Positions 11,691-22,273 of a stretch of 62,308 nt of DNA are shown in pieces. How positions within the stretch are numbered: the stretch's first letter is position 1; each line of letters starts with the position of its first letter. This DNA comes from Collinsella sp. CAG:166 (GTDB taxonomy: Bacteria; Actinomycetota; Coriobacteriia; Coriobacteriales; Coriobacteriaceae). Position numbers and translations under genes: made by a program. Under the pieces are notes generated by a model. The model was not told the origin of the DNA, did no database searches, and saw only the letters and a list, made by a program, of their open reading frames with translations. The stretch covers positions 1-62,308 of the forward strand of contig FR878731.1 of NCBI GenBank assembly GCA_000434535.1, read 5' to 3'.

Positions 11691-13100
11691 TTACCCGTAG
11701 ATGCGTTGGGGCTGTTCTTCGCCCTTTACGGAGGCTTCGGTCACAATGACCTTGGAAACACCCTCCTCGCTGGGGAGGTCGAACATCGTCTGCTGCAGCA
11801 CGTCCTCGCAAATGGAGCGCAGGCCGCGGGCGCCGGTCTTGCGGGCAAGCGCCATGCGGGCGATCTCGTGCAGGGCGGCATCCTCAAACTCAAGCTCAAC
11901 GTCCTCGAGCTGGAACATCTTACGGTACTGACGCACAACAGCGTTCTTGGGCTCGGTTAGGATCGACACCAGGTCGTCCTCGTCGAGCGCTTGCGTCTGG
12001 GTGACGACGGGCGTACGTCCCACAAACTCGGGGATCATGCCAAAGGCGTTGAGGTCCTGCGGGAGCACCTGGCGCAGCAGGTCGTTCTCGTCGACCGAGG
12101 TGGGGCCGGCGATCTCGGAGTTAAAGCCCACGCCCTTGTTGCCCACGCGGTCGGCGATGATCTTGTCCAGGCCCACAAAGGCACCGCCGCAGATAAACAG
12201 GATGTTGGTCGTGTCGATCTGCAGCAGCTCCTGCTGGGGATGCTTACGGCCACCGGTGGGCGGAACGCTTGCCACCGTGCCCTCAAGAATCTTAAGCAGT
12301 GCCTGCTGAACGCCCTCGCCCGAAACATCGCGGGTAATGGAAAGGTTCTCTGCCTTGCGGGCGATCTTGTCGATCTCGTCCACGTAGATGATGCCAACCT
12401 GCGCGCGCTCAATGTCGCCATCGGCGGCATTGATGAGCTTGAGCAGAATGTTCTCCACGTCCTCACCCACGTAACCAGCCTCGGTGAGCGCGGTGGCGTC
12501 GGCGATGGCAAACGGAACTTCGAGGATGCGCGCGAGCGTCTGGGCGAGCAGGGTCTTACCGGTACCGGTGGGACCGAGCAGCAAAATGTTGGACTTGGCG
12601 AGCTCTACCTCGTCCATATCGTCGTCGAGCTGCGAACCCATGCCGTCACCAAAGGCAGAAACCGCGGCACCGCCCTCGATCACGCGGCGGTAATGGTTGT
12701 ACACGGCAACCGACATGGCGCGCTTGGCGTCCTCCTGGCCCATGACATAGGCCGAAAGCTCATCGTAGATCTCGTGCGGCGTCGGCACGTGCGTGATGAC
12801 CTGACGGGCATCGTCCTCGAGCTCAAAGCCCTCGGCCTCGGGATCCATGGCAGGCTGGGACGCAGCCTGGCCGTGATCGTTGAGGAAGCCCGGCAGCTTG
12901 CCGTTGCGGGCAGCGTCCATAAAGTCCGAAGCCAGCGACTCCTCCAGGATCTCGGAGCAGGCGGCGACGCACTCGTCGCAGATAAAGATGTTGGTCGGGC
13001 CCTTTACAAGGCGGCGAACCTGCCCCTGCTCTTTTCCGCAGAAGGAGCAGCGGATGGGATTGCCGTTCTCGTCGAAGTTGTCCTGCATGTTACCGGCCAT
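11691..13100 (-). CDS. clpX: Clp protease ATPase subunit ClpX
   Basis: CSFC..CDEC zinc finger, [17 protein letters not shown]. Confidence 0.97.
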   Translation of the reverse strand: MAGNMQDNFDENGNPIRCSFCGKEQGQVRRLVKGPTNIFICDECVAACSEILEESLASDFMDAARNGKLPGFLNDHGQAASQPAMDPEAEGFELEDDARQVITHVPTPHEIYDELSAYVMGQEDAKRAMSVAVYNHYRRVIEGGAAVSAFGDGMGSQLDDDMDEVELAKSNILLLGPTGTGKTLLAQTLARILEVPFAIADATALTEAGYVGEDVENILLKLINAADGDIERAQVGIIYVDEIDKIARKAENLSITRDVSGEGVQQALLKILEGTVASVPPTGGRKHPQQELLQIDTTNILFICGGAFVGLDKIIADRVGNKGVGFNSEIAGPTSVDENDLLRQVLPQDLNAFGMIPEFVGRTPVVTQTQALDEDDLVSILTEPKNAVVRQYRKMFQLEDVELEFEDAALHEIARMALARKTGARGLRSICEDVLQQTMFDLPSEEGVSKVIVTEASVKGEEQPQRIYG

Positions 13101-13101
13101 C

Positions 13102-13722
13102 CTAGGCGTCCTTCGCGGCGAGGTCGCGCGAGGTGACGATGCGGTCGATCAGGCCGTAGTCGAGGGCTTCGGCAGCGGTCAGGTAGTTGTCGCGCTCGGT
13201 ATCGGCCTGGACCTTCTCGATGGGCTGGCCCGAGGCATCGGACAGGATCTGGTTGAGCTCGCGGCGAGTCTTCTTAATCTCCTCGGCCACGATCTCGATC
13301 TCGGTCTGCTGACCCTGGGCACCGCCGCTGGGCTGATGAATCATGACCTTGGAATGCGGCAGGCAGAAGCGCTTGCCCTTGGCGCCGGCCGAAAGCAGCA
13401 CGGCGGCCATAGACGCGGCCATACCGACGCAGATGGTGGAGACCTGCGGCTTAATGAAGTTCATGGTGTCCAGAATCGCCAGGCCGGAGTAGACCTCGCC
13501 ACCGGGCGAATTGATGTAGAGCGAGATATCCTTCTCGGCATCCTGGCTCTCAAGATGCAGCAGCTGGGCAACGACCAGGTTGGCGCTGACGGAGTTGATC
13601 TCCTCGCCCAAGAAGATGATGCGGTCGTTGAGCAGGCGCGAATAGATATCGTAGCTGCGCTCGCCGCGCGGCGTCTGCTCGATAACGTATGGCACGAGGG
13701 CGGAATCGAACTTAGCGATCAT
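13102..13722 (-). CDS. clpP: Clp protease proteolytic subunit
   Basis: [27 protein letters not shown]. Confidence 0.97.
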   Translation of the reverse strand: MIAKFDSALVPYVIEQTPRGERSYDIYSRLLNDRIIFLGEEINSVSANLVVAQLLHLESQDAEKDISLYINSPGGEVYSGLAILDTMNFIKPQVSTICVGMAASMAAVLLSAGAKGKRFCLPHSKVMIHQPSGGAQGQQTEIEIVAEEIKKTRRELNQILSDASGQPIEKVQADTERDNYLTAAEALDYGLIDRIVTSRDLAAKDA

Positions 13723-13885
13723 ACGCATCTCCATTTCTCTCTTGCGGACCAAATTGGTTCTAGATAAACGTACGGTGCCCGCATGCTATGCATTGGCTGG
13801 CACCGTACGAAGCTACCGGATAACCGGTGTATAACTTTACCCCATCACGGGCGCACGCATGCGCTCGCGGGCAAGGTGGCGAGAA

Positions 13886-15184
13886 TTACTCGGCGTCCTT
13901 GGCGGTCTCGTCGACCTCGGTCACCTTAGCGTTCTCAACCAGGTGATCGACAGCCTTGGAGCGACGGATGGACTCGCGGACGGCAGGCATGCGGCCATCG
14001 GCGATGAACTCGGCCTTGGAAGCCTCGACGTCCTTGACGCCGGCCTTCTCGAACTCGGCGTTGACGTCGTCCTCGGTGACCTCGATCTTGAGCTCACGGG
14101 CGAGGGCGTCGAGCGCCAGGGACTCACGGGCAACGTCGTTGGCCTGCTTGTGCAGGTCGCCGATGAACTGCTCCATGGTCAGACCGGAAGCGGGCAGCCA
14201 GGTGTCGAGCGTCATGCCGCGGGCAGCGAGGTTGGACAGGAAGTTCTGGCCAAGCTCCTCAAAGACGGACTGCTCGTAGTCGGCGTCCATCTCGTCGAGC
14301 TGCAGGCGCTCGGCGAGAGCGGAGACGCAACGGTTCTCCTTCTCGGCCGGGAGGCGGGAAGCCTTGTCCTGCTCGATCTCGATCTTGATGGCGTCGCGCA
14401 TGGCGTCGATGCTGTCGAAGCCAAAGTCGGACTTGACGAGCTCGTCGGTGAGCTCGGGGGTGTTGCGGACCTTGATGCCCTTGACGGTGACCTCGACGGT
14501 ATGGGTCTCGGCCTCCTCGCCCTCCTCGGCCTCGTCGGTCCAGGTGACGGACTTGACGTCGTCAACGTTGGCGCCGATCAGGGCCTCGTTGAACTCCTTG
14601 GGGTTGCTGTCGCTACCGGCGATGAGCATGCGGCCCTCGGCGGCAAAGTTGTCGGCGTTCTCGATGGCCTTGAGGTCGACGGTAACGTAGTCCTCGGCCT
14701 CGACAGCGCGACCCTCGACGTCCTCGAAGGTGGCACGGTAGTTGAGGAGCATCTCGACCTGGTTGTTGATCTCGGACTCGGTGACCTCCGCGGGGGGCAT
14801 CTCGATCTCGACGGCGTCGAAGGAGGAGAGCTCAGCGGCGGGACGCAGGGAGAACTCGACGGTGTAGGTGTAGTCCTCGTGATCCTTGGCGAGGTCGAGC
14901 TCCTTGTAGTCACCGCTCTTGGTGGGGACGATGTCCAGCTCGTTGAGCACGGCGGGCTCGTTGGCGGCGATCAGGTCGTTGGTGGCCTGAGCGAGGGTAG
15001 CCTCGGCGCCAAGAGCGGAGTCGATGACCGGACGGGGGGCCTTACCGGCGCGGAAGCCCGGGAAGCGGTACTTCTTGGCGGTCTCCTTGTAGGCCTTCTT
15101 GATCGCGGCGTCGACGTCGGCGGCCGGGATGGTGACCGTAGCGGTGAGCTTGGCGTCCTTGACGTCAGAAGCGGTGATGTTCAA
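13886..15184 (-). CDS. tig: Trigger factor
   Basis: FPGFRAGKAP ribosome-binding motif; AGGAGG RBS before TTG; tig-clpP-clpX synteny. Confidence 0.92.
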   Translation of the reverse strand: MNITASDVKDAKLTATVTIPAADVDAAIKKAYKETAKKYRFPGFRAGKAPRPVIDSALGAEATLAQATNDLIAANEPAVLNELDIVPTKSGDYKELDLAKDHEDYTYTVEFSLRPAAELSSFDAVEIEMPPAEVTESEINNQVEMLLNYRATFEDVEGRAVEAEDYVTVDLKAIENADNFAAEGRMLIAGSDSNPKEFNEALIGANVDDVKSVTWTDEAEEGEEAETHTVEVTVKGIKVRNTPELTDELVKSDFGFDSIDAMRDAIKIEIEQDKASRLPAEKENRCVSALAERLQLDEMDADYEQSVFEELGQNFLSNLAARGMTLDTWLPASGLTMEQFIGDLHKQANDVARESLALDALARELKIEVTEDDVNAEFEKAGVKDVEASKAEFIADGRMPAVRESIRRSKAVDHLVENAKVTEVDETAKDAE

Positions 15185-15274
15185 CACGTTCCTCCTCATA
15201 CTGCCCAGCTTATCTGAGGTGCTGGTACCTTTATGCAACAAGCGTCGCGAGGGCATAAACCGACGCGGGTGCGT

Positions 15275-15358
15275 TGGTGCGGGCGAAAGGACTCGAACCT
15301 TCACGGGAATCCCACCAGAACCTAAATCTGGCGCGTCTACCAATTCCGCCACGCCCGC
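15275..15358 (-). tRNA. tRNA-Leu(TAG)
   Basis: GCGGGCGTGGCGGAATTGGTAGACGCGCCAGATTTAGGTTCTGG...GGTTCGAGTCC...CACCA. Confidence 0.95.
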
Positions 15359-15445
15359 ATGAGCGCACAGACTAGGAATGATAGCAGATACGAGCGGCAA
15401 GCGCACGCACACCTTTTACAGGCTCACGACCTCACCACGAGTGCA

Positions 15446-15475
15446 AAAGGCGGGGCGAGTTGCCCCGCCCCGCCC
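15446..15475 (-). terminator. Terminator after xdhD-like gene
   Basis: GGCGGGGC stem followed by TTTT on the minus strand. Confidence 0.6.
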
Positions 15476-15498
15476 ATTACGACTTGTTCGCTGACCCG

Positions 15499-18330
15499 CT
15501 ACTCCCCCAGCAGAGCCTTCTCGGGCGTGATCGGCAGCGAGCGTACCTGATGTCCGGTGGCGTGTGCCACGGCCGAGGCCACGGCGGCGAGCGGCGTGTT
15601 GATGACGACCTCGCCAATCGACTTGGCGCCAAACGGACCCGTCGGCTCGTAGCTCGGCTCAAAGGCCACGCGAATGCTGCCGATATCCAGGCGCGTGGGC
15701 AGCTTGTAGCTCATAAAGTTGCCGGTGCGCAGGCGGCCGCGATCGTCGTGCTCGACGATCTCGTAGAGCGCGTGGCCGATACCTTGGGCAATACCGCCCT
15801 CGGCCTGGACGCGCGCGAGCGCCTCGTTGATCACGGTACCGCAGTCGACGGCCGCCGCGTAGTCCACCACAGTCACCTTGCCGGTGGCCTTGTCGACCTC
15901 GACCTCGGCAATGCCGGCCATAAACGGCGGAGGCGAAACGGGGAGGCAGGCAGAAGCGTGCGAGGTCAGCGCGTCGCCGCCCGCGATGTTCTTGACGCAC
16001 AGGTTGGCAAAGTCGCGCAGCGTGAGGTAGCAGTTCTGCTCGCGGGCGGCACGCTCGTCGGACAGGCGCACGTACTGGCCATCAAAGACCACGTCGGCAG
16101 CGTCCACGTCCCACATCTGGGCGGCCTTGGCGCAAATCTTCTCACGCAGCTCGGTCGCGGCGTTCTTGGCTGCCAGACCCGTCACGTACGTGCCCGAGCT
16201 CGCGTACGAGCCGGCGTCGAATGGCGACACATCGGTGTCCACGCCGCGCACCACGATGAGCGAGCTCTCCACACCCAGCTCCTCGGCGGCAATCTGCGCC
16301 AGGATCGTGTCGACGCCCATGCCGTTATCGGTGGCGCCGGTGCCGATGGTAATGAAGCCGTCCTCTTCCAGGCGCATGTCGATGCCGGCGATATCCACGT
16401 TGGAGATGCCCGAGCCCTGCATGGTGAGCGCGCAACCCAGGGCTCGCACGCGGTCGCCCAGGTCCACGGCCAGCGGCTTGTCGCGCCAACCGATCATGTC
16501 CATCGCGCGCAGCAGGCAGCGGTCGAGCGCGCAGGCGTTGAGCTTCTCGTTGTAGTACTGCGGCATGACCTCGCCCTCGCGCACAATGTTCTTAAGGCGC
16601 AGGTCAGCGGGATCCATGTGCAGCATGTCGGCAAGCTCGTTGACGGCGCTCTCGACGGCAAACTGGCCCTGGGTGGCACCGTAGCCGCGATACGCGCCGC
16701 CGCGGTTGGTATTGGTGTAGACGGCCTCCCAGCTAAAGCGGCTCGCCTTCACATGGTTGTAGATGGGCAGACTTTTGTGACCCGACAGGCCGATCGTCGT
16801 GGTGGCGTGCTCGCCGTACGCGCCGGCGTTGGACAGCGTGTGCAGATCGATGGCCGTGATGGTGCCGTCGTTCATGGCGCCCAGCTTAACGGTCATCTGC
16901 ATCTGGTGACGCGAGTTGCCCGCAGTGATGGTCTCCTCGCGGGTGTAACAGCAATAGCTCGGACGGCCAGTCTGCTGGGTCACGAACGCTACGAAGATCT
17001 CGCAGCAACCCGTCTGCTTGGAGCCAAAGCCGCCGCCGATGCGCGGCTTAATGACCTGCACCTGCGACTGCGGAATGTCGAGCGACTGCGCGACCATGCG
17101 GCGCACGTGGAAGGGCACCTGCGTAGAGGTGGTCACCGAGATACGTCCAAACGCGTCGGTCGTCGCGAAGGCGCGGAAGGTTTCCATGGGCGCGGTCTGC
17201 GTGGCCTGGCTGGTGTAGGTGCGCTCAAAGACGATGTCGCTCTGGGCGAAGGCCTCATCCAAGTCGCCAAAATCGCTGGTACCGCTGCACACCAGGTTGC
17301 GAGCAACGTCGCCGCCCTGTGGGAACATAAAGGTCACGTCGCCCTCGGGGTGGACCACGATGTCGTTATCGAGCGCCTGGGTAAAGTCGAGCAGGGGCTC
17401 GAGCACCTCATAGTCGACCTTGATGAGCTTGAGCGCCTTATCGGCGGCCTCCTCGGTCTCGGCGGCGACGATCGCCACCTCCTCGTTTTGGTAACGGACG
17501 AGGTTCTCGAGAATCAGGCGGTCGTAGGGACTCGGCTGCGGATAGCTCTGGCCGGCGATGGTAAAACGGCGCTTGGGCACGTCCTCGTACGTGTAGACGC
17601 CCACGACGCCGGGCACCTTCAGGGCGCGCGACGTATCGATGGAGCGGATCTTGGCGCGGGCATAGGGGCTGCGCTTGAGTTTGACAATGAGCGCGCCGGC
17701 GGGCACCAGGTCGCCCGTGTAGACGGGACGGCCCTCGAGCAGGGCCTTCGAGTCCTTCTTGGGCTGCTTGTGAGTGATCTGCTTGTAAGAGACACCGTCG
17801 CAGCTGGTGTCGTTGACCGGCAGCTCGGGCAACTCAAAGCCAACCTGTACGCCGGACTCGTTGAGGAAGCGCACGATGGCGCGCAGCTGGCTCTCGTAGC
17901 CGCTGCAACGGCAGAGGTTGCCGGCGAGCTGGCGCGAGAGCTCCTCGCGCGTGGCGACGAGGCTTGGGTCCTCCTTGGCGGCGCGGGCGAGCGCCAGCAC
18001 GTTCATGATAAGGCCGGGGGCGCAAAAACCGCACTGCTCGGCGCCTTCGGTAGCCATCGCACGGGCGAGCGCCTCGGACTCGGCCTTGAGGCCCTCGAGC
18101 GTGGTGATGGAGCGGCCCTCGACGCGCGCAGCCGGAACCGAGCAGCTCAGCACCGGGTCGCCGTCAAGCCACACCGTGCACAGACCGCAGTTGGTGGTCT
18201 CGCAGGCGCAGCGCACCGATGCGCAACCCTGCTCGCGCAAAAGCGAAAAAAGCATGGTATCGGGGGCAATCTGGACCTTGACCTTGCGGCCGTTGAGCGT
18301 AAAGGAAAGATCGATGAGTTTGGCAGCCAT
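15499..18330 (-). CDS. Xanthine-dehydrogenase-family Mo hydroxylase, 2x[2Fe-2S] fused to Mo-binding subunit (XdhD-like)
   Basis: CETTNCGLC, QCGFC, NLCRCSGY, GGGFGSK, AYRGYG, GAKSIGE. Confidence 0.88.
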   Translation of the reverse strand: MAAKLIDLSFTLNGRKVKVQIAPDTMLFSLLREQGCASVRCACETTNCGLCTVWLDGDPVLSCSVPAARVEGRSITTLEGLKAESEALARAMATEGAEQCGFCAPGLIMNVLALARAAKEDPSLVATREELSRQLAGNLCRCSGYESQLRAIVRFLNESGVQVGFELPELPVNDTSCDGVSYKQITHKQPKKDSKALLEGRPVYTGDLVPAGALIVKLKRSPYARAKIRSIDTSRALKVPGVVGVYTYEDVPKRRFTIAGQSYPQPSPYDRLILENLVRYQNEEVAIVAAETEEAADKALKLIKVDYEVLEPLLDFTQALDNDIVVHPEGDVTFMFPQGGDVARNLVCSGTSDFGDLDEAFAQSDIVFERTYTSQATQTAPMETFRAFATTDAFGRISVTTSTQVPFHVRRMVAQSLDIPQSQVQVIKPRIGGGFGSKQTGCCEIFVAFVTQQTGRPSYCCYTREETITAGNSRHQMQMTVKLGAMNDGTITAIDLHTLSNAGAYGEHATTTIGLSGHKSLPIYNHVKASRFSWEAVYTNTNRGGAYRGYGATQGQFAVESAVNELADMLHMDPADLRLKNIVREGEVMPQYYNEKLNACALDRCLLRAMDMIGWRDKPLAVDLGDRVRALGCALTMQGSGISNVDIAGIDMRLEEDGFITIGTGATDNGMGVDTILAQIAAEELGVESSLIVVRGVDTDVSPFDAGSYASSGTYVTGLAAKNAATELREKICAKAAQMWDVDAADVVFDGQYVRLSDERAAREQNCYLTLRDFANLCVKNIAGGDALTSHASACLPVSPPPFMAGIAEVEVDKATGKVTVVDYAAAVDCGTVINEALARVQAEGGIAQGIGHALYEIVEHDDRGRLRTGNFMSYKLPTRLDIGSIRVAFEPSYEPTGPFGAKSIGEVVINTPLAAVASAVAHATGHQVRSLPITPEKALLGE

Positions 18331-19244
18331 TAGCGCACCTCGCTAGAATCGACGCCGGGCACGCGGCGGCAGGAATACTCGTCCGTGGCAAACTTAGGCA
18401 CTTGCACGGTCTCGAGCTCGTGGGCAAGCGCGGCCGAGAGCTCGATGCCGGCGGCGCGGCGCACGGCCTGAATCGCCAGCGGGGCCGAGATGCGACGGCG
18501 GTAGTCGGCCGAGCCCCACAGATTGGTGCCATAGCTCAGGGCACGCACGGATGCGGCAAGGGCGCGCAGCTCGTCCTCGGAAGGCTGCTCGACGGTAAGG
18601 CCACATGCCTCACCCTGCAGCAGGGTCGCGCGCAGCGGGCGGGCGCCCACGGTGACATGCCAGCTGTTGTCCCACCAGGCGGCGGTGACGTTTAAGGAGG
18701 GGAAGTCGGTGGCGGCCTTGCGCACGGCCTCGTAGCTTGCGCGATAGTCGTGCTTAACGACCACGACGTACTCGATCACGTCGCGCACGTAGCCCATGTC
18801 CACGAACTCGGCGAGCGGCACGCGGCCGGCGCCCGTCAGCTCAACGTACGAGTCGAGCGCCAAAAAGGCCGAGAGCACGTCCGAGAAACCAAAGCGACCG
18901 TAGATGCTGCCGCCCACCGTGGCGGTGTTACGCAGCTGCACGCCCACGATATCGTGGACGGCGAACTCAAAGACATGGTTGACAAGCGCGTTGAGCTCGG
19001 CATGACGCTCGAGCTGGTGCAGGGTACACATGGCACCGATGCGAAACTCGGTCTCGGTCTCCTCGATCTGATCGAGTCCGCAGGCCGAAAGGTCAATCGC
19101 CGTCGCCACGCGACGCGAACCCAGGCGCATCCAGATGCCGCCGCCCACAATCTTGTTGTTGCGGTTCTTCTGTAAGAGCTCATAGGCTTCGGCCGCGTTT
19201 CCAACGCGGACGTAGGTACCGAACTTGAGCACGTTCTCCCCCAT
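18330..19244 (-). CDS. FAD-binding subunit of Mo hydroxylase (YgfM/XdhB-like)
   Basis: IVGGG, RNTATVGGS, SADYRR; coupled to the xdhD-like gene. Confidence 0.85.
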   Translation of the reverse strand: MGENVLKFGTYVRVGNAAEAYELLQKNRNNKIVGGGIWMRLGSRRVATAIDLSACGLDQIEETETEFRIGAMCTLHQLERHAELNALVNHVFEFAVHDIVGVQLRNTATVGGSIYGRFGFSDVLSAFLALDSYVELTGAGRVPLAEFVDMGYVRDVIEYVVVVKHDYRASYEAVRKAATDFPSLNVTAAWWDNSWHVTVGARPLRATLLQGEACGLTVEQPSEDELRALAASVRALSYGTNLWGSADYRRRISAPLAIQAVRRAAGIELSAALAHELETVQVPKFATDEYSCRRVPGVDSSEVR

Positions 19245-19307
19245 CTCTTCACTTGTCCAGTGTTTCTAAGTGTACCAAACGAGGGCGCACGACCCTCACC
19301 ACCACAG

Positions 19308-19341
19308 AAAAAGGCTCCCTGCCAAGATGACTGGGAGCCTT
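19308..19341 (-). terminator. Terminator after gdhA
   Basis: AAGGCTCCC stem with T-run on the minus strand. Confidence 0.65.
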
Positions 19342-19366
19342 CTGCGATGCCATGTCGAGCGAAGAT

Positions 19367-20722
19367 TTAGCAGACGCCCTGGGCGAGCATGGCGTCGGCG
19401 ACCTTCAGGAAGCCGGCGATGTTGGCGCCCATGACAAAGTTGCCCTCCTGGCCGTACTCCTTGGCGGTGTCGTCCACGTTGTGGAACATGCCGCGCATGA
19501 GCTGCTCGAGCTTGCCGTCGACCTCCTCGAAGGTCCAGGACAGGTGCTCGGCATTCTGGCTCATCTCCAGGCCGGACACGAGCACGCCGCCGGCGTTGGC
19601 AGCCTTACCGGGCATAAAGGCGACGCCGTTCTCCTGGAAGTAGGTCGTGGCCTCGATGGTCGTGGGCATGTTCGCGCCCTCGCCGACCACCTTGCAGCCG
19701 TTGGCGACGAGCGCCTGGGCGTCCTCGAGCAGCAGCGTGTTCTCGCGAGCGCAGGGCAGCGCGATGTCGCAGGGCAGCTGCCAAACGCCACGGCCGTCGC
19801 CCTCGTGCCACACGGCGTTGGGCTTCTCGTCAACGTACATAGCGAGCGTAACGCCCTTGTCGTGGCCGGAGCGCTTCTTGTTGTAGACGTGCTCGAGCAC
19901 GGTGTAATCGATGCCGTCGGGATCCTCGACCCAGCCGTGAGTATCGGAGCAGGCCAGCACCTTGCCGCCGAGCTGGGAGACCTTCTGGACGGCGTAGATG
20001 GCGACGTTACCGGAGCCGTGAACGACGACGTTCTTGCCCTCGAAGGAGTCGCCGCGGCTCTTGAGGTACTCGTCCACAAAGTAGGCCAGGCCGTAGCCGG
20101 TGGCCTCGGTACGGGCGAGCGAGCCGCCAAAGGAGAGGCCCTTGCCGGTGAGGACGCCGGTCCACTCATTGGTCAGACGCTTGTACTGACCAAACAGGTA
20201 GGCAACCTCGCGGCCGCCAACGCCCAGGTCGCCGGCGGGAACGTCGGTGTTGGGGCCAATATGGCGATAGAGCTCGGTCATGAAGGACTGGCAGAAGTGC
20301 ATGATCTCGTTGTTGGACTTGCCCTTGGGGTCGAAGTCGGAGCCGCCCTTGCCGCCGCCCATGGGAAGGGTGGTCAAGCTGTTCTTGAGGATCTGCTCCA
20401 GGCCAAGGAACTTGAGCATACCCAGGGTGACCGTCGGGTTAAAGCGCAGGCCGCCCTTGTAGGGTCCAATGGCAGAGTTGAACTCGACGCGATAGCCGCG
20501 GTTGACCTGAACCTTGCCCTGGTCGTCGACCCAGGGAACACGGAACATGACGATGCGCTCGGGCTCGACGAGGCGCTCCAGCAGGGCGGCCTCCTCGTAC
20601 TCGGGATGGGCGTCGAGCGCCGGCTGGATGGTGCCGAGGATCTCGGTCGCGGCCTGGATGAACTCAGGCTGCTCGGGATAGCGGGCCTTGAGCTCTTCGA
20701 GAACTTTCTGCGTGTAGCTCAT
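19367..20722 (-). CDS. gdhA: NADP-specific glutamate dehydrogenase
   Basis: GPYKGGLRF, GGGKGGSDFDP, VPAGDLGVG, RTEATGYG, GSGNVA. Confidence 0.96.
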   Translation of the reverse strand: MSYTQKVLEELKARYPEQPEFIQAATEILGTIQPALDAHPEYEEAALLERLVEPERIVMFRVPWVDDQGKVQVNRGYRVEFNSAIGPYKGGLRFNPTVTLGMLKFLGLEQILKNSLTTLPMGGGKGGSDFDPKGKSNNEIMHFCQSFMTELYRHIGPNTDVPAGDLGVGGREVAYLFGQYKRLTNEWTGVLTGKGLSFGGSLARTEATGYGLAYFVDEYLKSRGDSFEGKNVVVHGSGNVAIYAVQKVSQLGGKVLACSDTHGWVEDPDGIDYTVLEHVYNKKRSGHDKGVTLAMYVDEKPNAVWHEGDGRGVWQLPCDIALPCARENTLLLEDAQALVANGCKVVGEGANMPTTIEATTYFQENGVAFMPGKAANAGGVLVSGLEMSQNAEHLSWTFEEVDGKLEQLMRGMFHNVDDTAKEYGQEGNFVMGANIAGFLKVADAMLAQGVC

Positions 20723-20978
20723 GCTTCCTCCAATGACGGGAAACGAAAATGTTGGTCGCGGCACCCCATGCGCCGCGAGCTTTATCGTGTATGGATAATA
20801 TCGCACTGTTGCGGCAAAGTTTCGCATAAGCCGACGAGCGGATGTTTCGTTTTGATTACGATGCAGGTAGAAGCGTTTTTGAGTGCCTGACATGCAAAAC
20901 CCGTGTTTCAAACCTGTTTCGTCCACGTGTTCCAAACCACCACATTGGGGACAGGCACCTTTGTGGTGGTGCTGGTGG

Positions 20979-21374
20979 TTAGAGGACGAGTTGATGGTAG
21001 TCGGCGGGGGTTATACGGCCTTCGGTGGCGGCACGGAAGGCGGCGAGGGCATCGCCCGAGAACGGCATGGCCCAGCACAGGCCGCAACCTGCGGTAATGG
21101 AGCCGGGCAGCGGCATGATGCGCCCGGGCACACCGGCGGCAAGACACAGCTGTTCGCATTCCATCACATCGAAAGTGCTGTCGAACGACACGATAATCTT
21201 GCGTTCGTGGTCGAGAGCGCCACCCGACGGGCCTTCGCGGTGTGCCTCACGATACGCCTCGGCGGCCGCTTCCTCTTCCGCGGTATGTCCACAGCCACCG
21301 CAACCGCAGGTACAGGGTTCGGACCCGTCGCAAGTGCAAGACTCTCCCGTGTCGGGACAAATATCGTGAGACAT
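20979..21374 (-). CDS. DUF3343-family protein with Cys-rich N-terminus
   Basis: GRIMPLPGSITAGCGLCW resembles paralog at 49107; N-terminal CPDTGESCTCDGSEPCTCGCGGCGH. Confidence 0.7.
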   Translation of the reverse strand: MSHDICPDTGESCTCDGSEPCTCGCGGCGHTAEEEAAAEAYREAHREGPSGGALDHERKIIVSFDSTFDVMECEQLCLAAGVPGRIMPLPGSITAGCGLCWAMPFSGDALAAFRAATEGRITPADYHQLVL

Positions 21375-21389
21375 GACAACTCCAATCGT

Positions 21390-22022
21390 CTAGGCGAGTA
21401 ACTCGGCCGCCGCAAACTCCTCGGGCGTATTAACGTTTTCGAAGCAGAGCGTCGAACCTGCGACCTCAACAATCTGAGGCTCATCCAAATACCCAGCGTT
21501 CACCCGGTCGATCAGGCAGCGAATTCGCTGACGGTCGCAGGCGAGCAGCTCATGGGCAACCGGCGTACACACGTCACGGCGCCAGACGGCGCAAAGCGGC
21601 TCAATCCCCCGCTCCTCGCGCGGCACGCACACATCGAGCGCCTCGGCCTCAACACGATTGGCAAGGGCACCGATCAGCTCCGAAGAGACAAACGGCATAT
21701 CACAGGCGACGATAGCCACGAGAGGCAGCCGGGCTGCAGTCAGCGAACTCGCGATGCCGCGCATGGCGCCCGCCGGCCCCTCAAGGTCCGGCACTATTCG
21801 CGGCATCAGGCCGCCAAACGTGCGCTCCTCAAGGTAGGCAAGCTCGCTGGGACGCGAAGTCGTCACGACTAACTCACCGGCAACTTGCGCCAGCCGACCC
21901 AGCACGCGCTCGATGAGCGGCTCGCCGCAAAACAACATCCGCGCCTTGTCGCAACCCATGCGCGACGACAGCCCGCCCGCTTGGACGACGCAAGAAAGAT
22001 CGGCTCGTCTTACGGTAGTCAT
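21390..22022 (-). CDS. mobA: Molybdenum cofactor guanylyltransferase
   Basis: QAGGLSSRMGCDKA, VACDMPF, EPLCAVW, NVNTPEE. Confidence 0.88.
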   Translation of the reverse strand: MTTVRRADLSCVVQAGGLSSRMGCDKARMLFCGEPLIERVLGRLAQVAGELVVTTSRPSELAYLEERTFGGLMPRIVPDLEGPAGAMRGIASSLTAARLPLVAIVACDMPFVSSELIGALANRVEAEALDVCVPREERGIEPLCAVWRRDVCTPVAHELLACDRQRIRCLIDRVNAGYLDEPQIVEVAGSTLCFENVNTPEEFAAAELLA

Positions 22023-22176
22023 ACGGCAAAACACCCCCATCGGCATGCTCGAAACCCGGCGCACGAAGCTAAATACCGCCGCCGAAATAGCGGCACTAGG
22101 AAAAGCTCGTGCAAAAACAAAACAGCGCCTTTGCGGCACGCAGCAAGACCGCGAGCACAAAAGCGCTGGTAGCGTA

Positions 22177-22273
22177 TGGCGGGAACGTATGTGAATCGAA
22201 CACATCCAAGACGTTTTGCACGCCTCGCAACGGTTTTGAGGACCGCGGAGCCCACCGGAGCCCATCCGTTCCC
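22177..22273 (-). tRNA. selC: tRNA-Sec (UCA)
   Basis: 97 nt; 6-bp D stem GGGCTC-CGGT-GGGCTC, anticodon loop CCTCAAA, long variable arm, TTCGATT T-loop, GCCA end; downstream of selB. Confidence 0.93.

Noticed and set aside
15185..15412. N-terminal extension of trigger factor in the ORF track
   Set aside because: Runs through tRNA-Leu; RBS supports a start at 15184.
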